A DNA stretch of 64,000 nt from a virus. Lineage: Duplodnaviria > Caudoviricetes. The notes beneath the pieces are model-generated. The model saw nothing but the letters and a program-made list of their open reading frames with translations, searched no databases and was not told the origin of the DNA. The position numbers and the translations under genes were made by a program. The stretch spans positions 32,001-96,000 of the IMG/VR virus record IMGVR_UViG_2061766007_000586; one strand, given 5' to 3'. This document shows, in pieces, positions 20,352 to 28,856 of the stretch. Position 1 is the stretch's first letter. Every line of letters starts with the position of its first letter.

Positions 20352-20666
20352 TTACTCCTTAGTACAGACCCCCACGATAACAAGACCAACGATCAAAACG
20401 CCGCAAATGGCAGCCGAAATAATATTTGCTGTTCTCTGCGCCTTTCTGTCAGCTTCCTGCTGTTCATGAAGAATACGAGCCATGATACTGTTTGCCTGCT
20501 CTCCAAAATTATGAACCATCTGAGCATTCATGGCACGACGTTCGGCGGAAGCTTTATTGATCGTACGCTGCAGCTTTTCCGCGAGGACTTGATTGTAGTC
20601 AGAATCGTTGTGAGGTCCGTGGTTGACTTTATAAAGATCGGGACGAATGGTAGTGGTGTTAGGCAT
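20352..20666 (-). CDS. small C-terminally anchored membrane protein
   Basis: AAGGAG RBS; C-terminal IISAAICGVLIVGLVIVGV. Confidence 0.6.
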   Translation of the reverse strand: MPNTTTIRPDLYKVNHGPHNDSDYNQVLAEKLQRTINKASAERRAMNAQMVHNFGEQANSIMARILHEQQEADRKAQRTANIISAAICGVLIVGLVIVGVCTKE

Positions 20667-20678
20667 AGGAAAATCTCC

Positions 20679-20957
20679 TTAATTTTTGGTTACAAGATAA
20701 GTGATAGCGGCACTGAGAACGGCTGCGCTGAGAATCAAACCACCAGCAATCACCATGGTAACTTTATTGTGATGCTCAAGAAACTGAATATAATCTTTAT
20801 CACACTGAATCAGTTTCTCTTGATCTTCGATATGATCCTCAAGCACGGTGATATATTCCTTAGTCGGTCCATCGATTGCTTCATTAGATTTAATCAGCTG
20901 ATCGATCGTTTTTTGTATGCTATGAAAAGAAGCATTTATGTTTTGTTTAGTAGCCAT
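20679..20957 (-). CDS. small C-terminally anchored membrane protein
   Basis: AAGGAG RBS; coiled coil plus hydrophobic tail; early promoter upstream. Confidence 0.6.
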   Translation of the reverse strand: MATKQNINASFHSIQKTIDQLIKSNEAIDGPTKEYITVLEDHIEDQEKLIQCDKDYIQFLEHHNKVTMVIAGGLILSAAVLSAAITYLVTKN

Positions 20958-20995
20958 AGTGATTTCTCCTTAATTAATTTTGGTTTATTGCCTTT

Positions 20996-21003
20996 GTAAT
21001 ATA
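20996..21003 (-). promoter_or_regulatory. early-type promoter TATATTAC
   Basis: Matches the phiKZ early consensus; recurs before many minus-strand genes. Confidence 0.65.
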
Positions 21004-21034
21004 TACGCATTATTTTTTCAAAAACAAAAAAGAA

Positions 21035-21060
21035 GTAGAGGCCCAATTAAGGGTCTCTAC
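21035..21060 (-). terminator. intrinsic terminator
   Basis: GTAGAGGCCC / GGGTCTCTAC hairpin with a minus-strand T tract. Confidence 0.65.
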
Positions 21061-21070
21061 TCTATGTTGA

Positions 21071-21376
21071 TCAGATATGATCAATCTCACCGTTCTCAAG
21101 CTTCTTGAGGAACTCTTCATTCGGGATAAGAGTTTCATGAAGGAACTTGACGCACTGCTTGTGAAGTTCGACATATTCAGGACTGGAATTTTCAGGAAGA
21201 GGTCTTGCAAGGAACACTTCGAGATCTTCTACATCCAGTTTCGGTTCATTTTTCATTTCCTCTTCACGTTCCACCGGATCCAGTGAATATAGAGTATCCG
21301 GATGCTTTTTGAGCAGATTGTCATGATAATCTTCGTACCGCTTGATGTTGGCGTTGATTTCTTCGAGAGTTTTCAT
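21071..21376 (-). CDS. hypothetical early protein
   Basis: AAGGAG RBS, own terminator, variant early promoter upstream. Confidence 0.6.
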   Translation of the reverse strand: MKTLEEINANIKRYEDYHDNLLKKHPDTLYSLDPVEREEEMKNEPKLDVEDLEVFLARPLPENSSPEYVELHKQCVKFLHETLIPNEEFLKKLENGEIDHI

Positions 21377-21483
21377 AGTGATTCTCCTTAAATTGATTTG
21401 GGTTTATTTTACGGCGGAATAATAAACAATCTCTTTCATGCTAGATAGGTATATATACCTAAAAATTAAATGAAATATTGAAA

Positions 21484-21514
21484 TATACTCGTAGGACTAT
21501 GTCCTACGAGTATA
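21484..21514 (-). terminator. terminator hairpin
   Basis: TATACTCGTAGGAC-tat-GTCCTACGAGTATA. Confidence 0.65.
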
Positions 21515-21518
21515 AGAA

Positions 21519-22304
21519 TTAGCGTCGACGATATTCGTAAACTTGTCCACCAGTACAAATTACAGAAGCACCTTCATAAACAATGATTTCATTTACGTTG
21601 TTATCTTTTAAGAATACAACTCCATCATCAATCATAAGTGTTCCGTAAACCTGTAAACCTTCTACAACCGCACCTTCGTAAAGATGAAGAGATCCACCTT
21701 TTTCCACAACTGCATATTCAATACGTCCGCCTTTATACACATCTACTGTAGATGTAATCTTAGATCCATATACAACAGTACCATCGTGTACAGTTGCAGG
21801 TTGACTTAAATCATTTGTAATGAGAGAAGGTGTAAGACGAATCAATGTGGTCCAATCAATACCATAAATGCCAGTTGCATGTACAACACCGCCATTCTCT
21901 TTTAAATTTAAAAAATAAGAATTAGCGTACTTTGTAATATCAATATTTACAGTCTGTCCAGGGTTGACTTGGACTGCCGGTTTACTAAAATCTGTGATAT
22001 AATCATTCATAGGTTTAGGTTCATCTTCCAAGGTTAAATCGGTGATATCATCAGAAGCCACTGCTTTTGATAAATTGGTGGAATGATTAATCGCCATTCC
22101 AAGGATAAGTGCTGTTACTACAAACAAGGCGCTTAAATAAACATGTTTCACTATCATTTCGCTTTCTCGCTTTTCTTGTAAAGTTATAATTTTAGGTGGA
22201 ATATAACGCATTAAATAAAACCTCATTTTGTACGTTACATTATAATGTCTAATTCGATCAAAAAAAGATCCACCATGTTTAACATGGTGGATTCTTATAT
22301 CCAT
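21519..22304 (-). CDS. membrane-anchored beta-helix repeat protein (true start possibly 22157)
   Basis: TM-like segment VYLSALFVVTALILGMAI; C-terminal VYKGG / VEKGG / LYEGA repeats. Confidence 0.5.
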   Translation of the reverse strand: MDIRIHHVKHGGSFFDRIRHYNVTYKMRFYLMRYIPPKIITLQEKRESEMIVKHVYLSALFVVTALILGMAINHSTNLSKAVASDDITDLTLEDEPKPMNDYITDFSKPAVQVNPGQTVNIDITKYANSYFLNLKENGGVVHATGIYGIDWTTLIRLTPSLITNDLSQPATVHDGTVVYGSKITSTVDVYKGGRIEYAVVEKGGSLHLYEGAVVEGLQVYGTLMIDDGVVFLKDNNVNEIIVYEGASVICTGGQVYEYRRR

Positions 22305-22815
22305 CTAACGTAAAGTCATCTGGGTTAAAGAACTGACGTGCGATCGACATACACTGTTGTTCTTCCCAGATTCGATGAGTATTCACATCACTTTGTGACT
22401 CATCTAGATAGAATTTCTCCCCATCAATGATTGCAATAGCTAATCCTCGCTTGTAAGTCTCAAATCGTCTAATACGATTCAATGGTAACAACACACGAGC
22501 ATGCTGCTTCGTATCAACTGATAAATCAAAAGCAGGAAGATCTTCTGTAGATAATCCATCAGTAGGATTATTTTGACACCATTCACGAAATGCATTCGTA
22601 ATCTTGGATTTGATATTACGAATGTTTTCTTTCATTGTGTACATTCTTCTTCCTGTTTCATAATTACAGATTACTTGACAGAGAGGAATTCTGTTTGTAC
22701 CAAGATCAATCGGATTTAAATCATAGACTGCTGTAATACGATCTACAGGGAGATCATACACAAGCCCCTTTTTGATTCCGTTGAACTCTTCTAAACTGAT
22801 TGTGAAGTTAATCAT
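22279..22815 (-). CDS. hypothetical protein with an apparent internal duplication
   Basis: AGGAGG RBS; LPVDRITAV and LPLNRIRRF halves. Confidence 0.55.
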   Translation of the reverse strand: MINFTISLEEFNGIKKGLVYDLPVDRITAVYDLNPIDLGTNRIPLCQVICNYETGRRMYTMKENIRNIKSKITNAFREWCQNNPTDGLSTEDLPAFDLSVDTKQHARVLLPLNRIRRFETYKRGLAIAIIDGEKFYLDESQSDVNTHRIWEEQQCMSIARQFFNPDDFTLDGYKNPPC

Positions 22816-22860
22816 AATTCCTCCTGTGTTGGAATAAAGTGAAAATCTCTATTCTAATTC

Positions 22861-22910
22861 AAAAAATCAGATATCACGCATAAGGAGAATTATGAAAACG
22901 TGATATCTGA
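22861..22910 (-). terminator. DNA polymerase terminator with an anti-SD loop
   Basis: 12-bp arms TCAGATATCACG / CGTGATATCTGA, inner CATAA/TTATG stem, T6 tract on the minus strand. Confidence 0.7.
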
Positions 22911-22914
22911 CTCC

Positions 22915-23234
22915 TCACTCCTGACCAAGAATGTACTTGTCCATTTCATCAAAGTCTGGTAACCCAAACTCATCATGACAGACTTGTACTGCATTTTCTT
23001 CAGGAGTGAAATAAGATCCAAAGAAATTCTCAATAAACACAGTATTCTCCATAACAGCTTCATCATAGCTGTTCTTGAGCATAGTGTGTCGTTTAGCATC
23101 TTTTTCGTTTTGAAGTTCATCCCATATATCGTTGAGTTCTTTCAACGTATGAGGTGCTCCTTCAATCCATAACACGGATGCATATCGAGATTCTCTGGAT
23201 AAGTTAGTTGACATCTGAATCGATGGATACAGTG
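22915..23234 (-). CDS. DNA polymerase B N-terminal subunit, exon 2
   Basis: Begins (T)CA CTG TAT CCA TCG = SLYPS after splicing. Confidence 0.85.
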
Positions 23235-23557
23235 CAAACCATATAAGACATATATACTTATAGTTTGTTTGGATCATATCACCATCCTGAATATATCAGG
23301 AGCTTCCCATTTCGGATAACCTACTCTCTTTCGAGATGATCTCTGAACCTTCTTCTTTTCAGAAGCTTGGATGCTGATTTTAGATTGTCACACTTTTTAG
23401 TCTTTCGACATGAAGCAACTTGTTTCTTTTTTCTATCTTTCGATCACATTCACAATTATCTTTTCAGATTTTGTTGTAGTGAAACAAGTATTACTAAGTC
23501 CCAGCAGTTAAGGAAGTTTTTCACGCTCAGTTACCTGATCGTGGCGCCACTATGTTA
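23235..23557 (-). ncRNA. group I self-splicing intron, 323 nt, no homing endonuclease
   Basis: P (AACTGCTGGGA), Q (AATCAGCA), R (GTTCAGAGATCATC) and S (GATATGATCC) elements; P3 CTTCC/GGAAG; P7 GATCA/TGATC; 5' exon ends in U, intron ends in G; P1 and P10 pairings present. Confidence 0.9.
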
Positions 23558-24989
23558 ACGCAGCATCGATATCATTTACCAACATTTCAATTGAAGTTTC
23601 AGCCGATATCTCTTTGAGATGTCGAGTACCTTTGACTTCTAGTAAGTTCGGACTTAATACAGCACCACCAATATTCGCTATGAACTTATCCCATTCTTGG
23701 CTCATATTACATGGTGCTACAATAGATCCGGAAATACTATTTATATTGGTTCGACAATAGTTAAACCAATTGTTCTTGAGCATAACTGTTTGTTTACTAT
23801 ATTCAGATAATTCTGAAATACCAACCAAGATCATCATCGATGTTGTATCTTGTGTTACAGCATCAATAATACATGGAAGGATCGTATCGAAACAGTTGTA
23901 AATGCAATAGCCAACTTGATCATGCAACTGCATATTGGTGTGAGAATTATTAGCTCCGAATTTGATCTTACCAGAGCCTACCATTTTCTGTCCAATATAT
24001 TCCAACGTATAGAAGTTCTCTCTACCTTGGACTTTTCTCAAGCGACTATAAAGACACATTGGATCGTACCAACGTGTATATCCTGGAGCTTCTACCTGAT
24101 GCCAAGAATCAGTGAAATGTTCCACTTGTTTAGAATCAGGTTTCCATCTAAAGAATCTCCATTTCTTAGGTACATCAGGATGACAGAATAATTGAGACAG
24201 ATCAATACGATGGAATTGAGAACGCTTCTCAATATACGGAATATCGTAAGAGATGTTCCAAACACCGCATAGATCTGGTTTACAAGAAATTGCAGTAGAG
24301 ATGAGTTTGATAATAAGTTCACGTTCATCTTCACAATAGATAAACTTAAAGTTATGTGGATTTGCATCCCATACTTTTCGAGCTTTATCATTCAATCCAT
24401 CTACAAACGGAGCAGTTTCTTTTTCCAGTCGTTCTCGCATGACAGACTCATCTAAACTACACCACGGTTTATTGATAAACTCGTAAGTAGTTCGTGTAAG
24501 CCAATCAGTATAAGACGCACAGAGAATCTGATTATCGAAATCATCAATAACAGACGTTTCAATATCCAGCATCCCTATATCAATTCTTGGAACGACTTCA
24601 TTCACATTCTGCATATACTCGATTTTCATTCTGATCAATGGACCAACATCAATCCCATACACATGTGGATCTGATTTCTGTGGAACATTGTTGAATGGAG
24701 CTCGATACATCCCTAGAGCATGAGCAATATGTTGATACAGATTCTTATATTGACAAACATAAGTATCTAATCGATCTAAAGACTCACGCTCTAGACGAAT
24801 GTTCTGATGTCTAAATTGTGGTTTTGTAATCCAATATTCAAACTTTGGATTTTGTATTACATGAAGTTTGTGATCACCTGTTTTAACGTTTTTGATTGCT
24901 GCAACAATTGCATCATCAAAATCTGTTTCTTCAGATGGTTTTATATAAACACCATGTAACATGTTGTAATCTGGATAAGGGTTATACAT
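23558..24989 (-). CDS. DNA polymerase B N-terminal subunit (3'-5' exonuclease plus motif A; phiKZ gp82-like), exon 1
   Basis: ExoI DIET, ExoII WNISYDIPYI, ExoIII YNCFD, GGAV; ends at DIDAA; spliced product is 583 aa. Confidence 0.88.
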
Positions 24990-25011
24990 AAATAAGTTCC
25001 TTTCTTATATT

Positions 25012-25019
25012 GTAATATA
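25012..25019 (-). promoter_or_regulatory. early-type promoter TATATTAC
   Basis: Upstream of the DNA polymerase gene. Confidence 0.6.
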
Positions 25020-25045
25020 TAGTTTTAGAACTTATGAGATAACTC

Positions 25046-26581
25046 TTAATCTTCAAGCTGATAAGGCTGTGCAAAATTACTTCCTTCATCTGTGTAATAA
25101 ATAATACCAGCTTCTTTAACAACCAATTTATTACGATAAATAAATAACCATAACAAATAAGGCATAAGTCTCTGGAAGATTTTAGGATGTCCCGCACCAG
25201 TGCATTTGTATTCAGCTGTAATAGCTTTTTCATCAAACTTATACAACTCTTCCAATCTTTGACATACATCAAAGAATAATTCACAAAATTTATCAAAGTA
25301 AACTTTCTTTGCAATAAAGTTACAACGAACTGGAATCGGTACAAGTTCATCCATCATAGCATCTTTCCAAATCTTGTGACCGTAGTCGTAATGATACGTA
25401 CGAACAATATCTTCAAGATGATGATAGAATGCATTACCAAATTCTTTACACATAAACGAAATGATGTTACGAGTATATTTATTTATAAACTGTAATTGAC
25501 GTCTACCAACTACAATGTCATATTGCATGAAATCATACTCCATTGTATTCAAATCATCTCTTGTATGACTTTTTGCAACACAAGCAAGATCATTGTAACA
25601 AATATATCCTTGTACCTGATCTGGAGTGAAGCAGAATCCATTAATTAACCACATATCGGAACAATGGAATCCAACACCAGACTGATCAGATACACTCTTA
25701 TCCATTTTCCATGCAGCATAAAGCGCAGTTAATGGACCATACAAATTGTATCTAGGAAGAAGAGGATTTTCGATATCGTCATCGTGAAGACAATTATCTA
25801 ATTTCTCACCCATTGCTTTTGTACATTGAACTGGAATGAATCTTCTTTGAGCTTTTGGCATAGCAATTTTTTCTTCTAATGCCACATAAACGTGATTTAC
25901 AGTAGCATCAGTGATTGCTTTACTTAATGGATTGATTTTTTCACTTAAATAGATTTGAGCAAGAAAATCAATAGTAGGATCAATATTAACAGATTCATTC
26001 TCTAACCTACCACCCTTGAATACATATTGCCAATTTGCTAATCCGGTCAATACACCTTCAACAAGAACACACATGGCAGGATCAATTGATGAGAAATAAT
26101 TATAGATCGTTCTCAACTGATCTTTATCATTCATGACAAGAAGTGTACTATCTGAAATAGTTCTACCTGGCCAATGAGAACAGAACATACCCTTTTTAGT
26201 AAAGTAAGATACAACTTTATCAGGATGGAAAAGAATCACATCATTTTCCATATGTACAACATACTCATATTCATTTAAACCAATTTCAAGAGCATGCTTG
26301 AAGGAACGAATCCATCCTGGGAAACACAAATCACTTGTTCTTCCTAATATAGGAGTATGATTACGAATATAAAGATTGGAATGCTTAAGTAGATCAGGAT
26401 CTACAGCAGCAATATCTTCTACTGTAATTTCACCATCATTGAACACATAAAAGTCTGGATTTAATTCTTTCAGACTATTGATTTGTTCAAAATTATGAAA
26501 CCAACTAGAGACGCGTTTTAAATAAAATTCTTTCTTAAATTCTGCACAAGTACAGAATATCATCAACTTCGATTTTGCCAT
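25046..26581 (-). CDS. two-domain glycosyltransferase-like protein (GT-A-like plus DUF4422-like)
   Basis: YVVHMENDV acidic motif; FIPVQ...DD...YGPLTALYAAWK...VGFH...CNFIAKKVYFDKFCELFF pattern resembles DUF4422. Confidence 0.6.
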   Translation of the reverse strand: MAKSKLMIFCTCAEFKKEFYLKRVSSWFHNFEQINSLKELNPDFYVFNDGEITVEDIAAVDPDLLKHSNLYIRNHTPILGRTSDLCFPGWIRSFKHALEIGLNEYEYVVHMENDVILFHPDKVVSYFTKKGMFCSHWPGRTISDSTLLVMNDKDQLRTIYNYFSSIDPAMCVLVEGVLTGLANWQYVFKGGRLENESVNIDPTIDFLAQIYLSEKINPLSKAITDATVNHVYVALEEKIAMPKAQRRFIPVQCTKAMGEKLDNCLHDDDIENPLLPRYNLYGPLTALYAAWKMDKSVSDQSGVGFHCSDMWLINGFCFTPDQVQGYICYNDLACVAKSHTRDDLNTMEYDFMQYDIVVGRRQLQFINKYTRNIISFMCKEFGNAFYHHLEDIVRTYHYDYGHKIWKDAMMDELVPIPVRCNFIAKKVYFDKFCELFFDVCQRLEELYKFDEKAITAEYKCTGAGHPKIFQRLMPYLLWLFIYRNKLVVKEAGIIYYTDEGSNFAQPYQLED

Positions 26582-26627
26582 TTTAAAAATCTCCGATACA
26601 AGAGATACCTACCGGTATCTCTTGAGT

Positions 26628-27275
26628 TTATTGTGATTGTGTAGATTCAGATTCAAGAGATGGAAGTTGCATTACATTGACATATGGATTTGGTTCAGCA
26701 TATGGATCCCCATAAGGATCTGCATATGGATCATTTCTTAATTTATCAATGCCTTGTGTCAACATATCAGTAAACTGTTTCATTCTGTCCTGGAAGATTT
26801 TCTCTTGTGACTTAATAGCGTTGCTACATTCTTCAAATGAAACACGACCTAAATCACATAATTGTGGAAGAGCAATATCCGGAAGAACTTCTAATGAACA
26901 ACCATTTAAGAATATGTGACAATGACGATCAATAATAAGACCAGGAAACTCTGGAGTAACTTTGACAAGACCGATTGCCATATCTTTTTTATTTCTGTCG
27001 TTGAACCTACCTGTTGCTGACATAATTGGAAAACTATTGTGCAGCATGATCGGAACAATGTTTTCATACTCTTTCTGTAAGAACAGAGATCCAACTTTGC
27101 TAATTGAGATATAGTGATAGCCTGATTTACCAACAAACATACTTGTTAAGTATTCGACTATATGAGAAACAGGGATAACAGGGAGAGACGCAATTCGCTT
27201 CAGTTCCATTTTCTGTGCGAATATCTCATCTCTATTTTGTTGTTTGCGTAGCTTTTTTTGTCTACGACCACTCAT
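26628..27275 (-). CDS. hypothetical protein with a basic N-terminus and DPY repeats
   Basis: Start reassigned to MSGRRQ (AAGGAG upstream, overlapping the ruvC stop). Confidence 0.55.
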   Translation of the reverse strand: MSGRRQKKLRKQQNRDEIFAQKMELKRIASLPVIPVSHIVEYLTSMFVGKSGYHYISISKVGSLFLQKEYENIVPIMLHNSFPIMSATGRFNDRNKKDMAIGLVKVTPEFPGLIIDRHCHIFLNGCSLEVLPDIALPQLCDLGRVSFEECSNAIKSQEKIFQDRMKQFTDMLTQGIDKLRNDPYADPYGDPYAEPNPYVNVMQLPSLESESTQSQ

Positions 27276-27847
27276 TTGGTGGACTCCTTTGTGTTTGAAG
27301 TTGATTGGAACAAACGCCATTGCGTGTAACCTATTGCAATAGCATCTCCTTCATGTTCCGTTAGTTCGAGATTTTGTAAATCCGAGGAGAACGTAATATC
27401 TTTATGTTTAAAAATCGCTGCTTGAACACCTTCCTTATTGGAAGTACCTATACCTGAAATAAATTTCTTAACAAGTTTAGGTGGTATCTTGTAAAGCGGT
27501 TTTTGATATTCATCACGAAGTAAAAATGATACAGTTAAAATCCAGTGAATCAATGCTTCATAAGCACCAGGTCTTCTTGGATTAAAAAATGCATCCTCAC
27601 TAACTACTATATCAGGTTGATAATGATCCATAAGTTCTCGAATCATACCACGTAATAGAGATAGTGTAATAATACGTTTTCCATAGAGGGATACATCCTC
27701 TCTATGCGATTTATGATCCACGGTCTTGTTAGGTGTAATCATACCAAAGTTTTCTACAAGGAAGCTAGATTTATCATCATTTACTTTTGAGTAAGCAAAT
27801 CCTGAAAACGATAAACCTGGATCAAAACTTAAGATATGATACTCCAT
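27272..27847 (-). CDS. ruvC: RuvC-like Holliday junction resolvase
   Basis: SFDPG, VSEDAF, VKKFISGxGxxxKEGVQ and EHEGDAIAIG catalytic motifs. Confidence 0.9.
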   Translation of the reverse strand: MEYHILSFDPGLSFSGFAYSKVNDDKSSFLVENFGMITPNKTVDHKSHREDVSLYGKRIITLSLLRGMIRELMDHYQPDIVVSEDAFFNPRRPGAYEALIHWILTVSFLLRDEYQKPLYKIPPKLVKKFISGIGTSNKEGVQAAIFKHKDITFSSDLQNLELTEHEGDAIAIGYTQWRLFQSTSNTKESTK

Positions 27848-27849
27848 AA

Positions 27850-28017
27850 TTAATCTTCATCTGAATCTAAATCGTAATCTGGCTCACAGCCTTCTTGAGT
27901 TGCTTCTATTTTATCTTTTGATGGATCAAACGATTCGCAACTATCTAATGTGATCAGAGGAAGCTCTTCTTCTTGAGGCTTCTTCTTTCTCGGTTTTTTA
28001 ACTTTATTCTCAGCCAT
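27850..28017 (-). CDS. 55-aa hypothetical protein (basic N-terminus, acidic C-terminus)
   Basis: Manual translation MAENKVKKPRKKKPQEEELPLITLD...DSDED; abuts the ruvC start. Confidence 0.5.
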   Translation of the reverse strand: MAENKVKKPRKKKPQEEELPLITLDSCESFDPSKDKIEATQEGCEPDYDLDSDED

Positions 28018-28105
28018 AGCAACACCTATAATTCTGTAAATAACTCTACTTTCAATATTTCATCTTTGTAAAAAAGAAAGCAAAGTATCAAAGTAAATTA
28101 GGTTA

Positions 28106-28165
28106 AGTACTTGTGTACAATCCATGCTGCTAGATCACTAGTACATATGATTATACACAAGTACT
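28106..28165. other. long imperfect hairpin
   Basis: AGTACTTGTGTA / TACACAAGTACT arms with nested CTAG-atca-CTAG. Confidence 0.55.
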
Positions 28166-28174
28166 AGGATTTAA

Positions 28175-28657
28175 TTACGCGGAGATTTTGATCTTCACGC
28201 CCTTGCCAGCCTTACGAGCAGCAAGGAGTTCGCCAATCTGATCACTGAGCTTCTTCTCTTCAGCGTCATTAGCGATAGCATCCGGAACTTTGGAATAGTT
28301 CTTAACCTGAGTTGCACCAGGACGAGTAACACTCTGGGTCGGTTCACCAGCACGACCAGGGATCGTCACAGTAACTTCAGGCTTAACAGTTACATCAAAG
28401 CGGCTTTCTTTCATACCGGCACGAAGCTTCCATTCCTGCTCAGGATCTTCATCCTTAAGGATCTGCTTCTTCAGAAAGACGCTTGCTTCATGCTGCATGT
28501 CAGCACGAACTTTATTATAGGTTTCGATAGTTTCTTTTGCATTCGGAAGACCACGCTTTTCATATTCAGCATAAAGCTGAGAATTGCTCATCGTGATGGT
28601 CCTATTTTCGACGGGAAGTTCACCAAACGGTGTTTTGATTGTTTTCTTATCAGCCAT
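28175..28657 (-). CDS. hypothetical, probably highly expressed early protein
   Basis: Biased codons, AAGGA RBS, TATATTAC at 28742-28749. Confidence 0.65.
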   Translation of the reverse strand: MADKKTIKTPFGELPVENRTITMSNSQLYAEYEKRGLPNAKETIETYNKVRADMQHEASVFLKKQILKDEDPEQEWKLRAGMKESRFDVTVKPEVTVTIPGRAGEPTQSVTRPGATQVKNYSKVPDAIANDAEEKKLSDQIGELLAARKAGKGVKIKISA

Positions 28658-28741
28658 GATAAGATTCCTTTCATTTATAGTTTTTTGTTTAAGTGGAAGA
28701 TTTTATCGTTGCGGTTTTACGATATTTCTCTCCCTATTATA

Positions 28742-28749
28742 GTAATATA
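28742..28749 (-). promoter_or_regulatory. early-type promoter TATATTAC
   Basis: Exact motif. Confidence 0.6.
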
Positions 28750-28856
28750 TAGACGAATTTATTTTGATAGGTCTAAACTATAAATTGTATCATTTATACA
28801 AAAAATTATATTTTATGTAATTTACATTTCACCTATAATAAATAAAGGAAACTACA

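Noticed and set aside
22915-23277. Stand-alone 120-aa ORF and 479-aa truncated polymerase as separate genes or a pseudogene
   Set aside because: Better explained as two exons around a group I intron.
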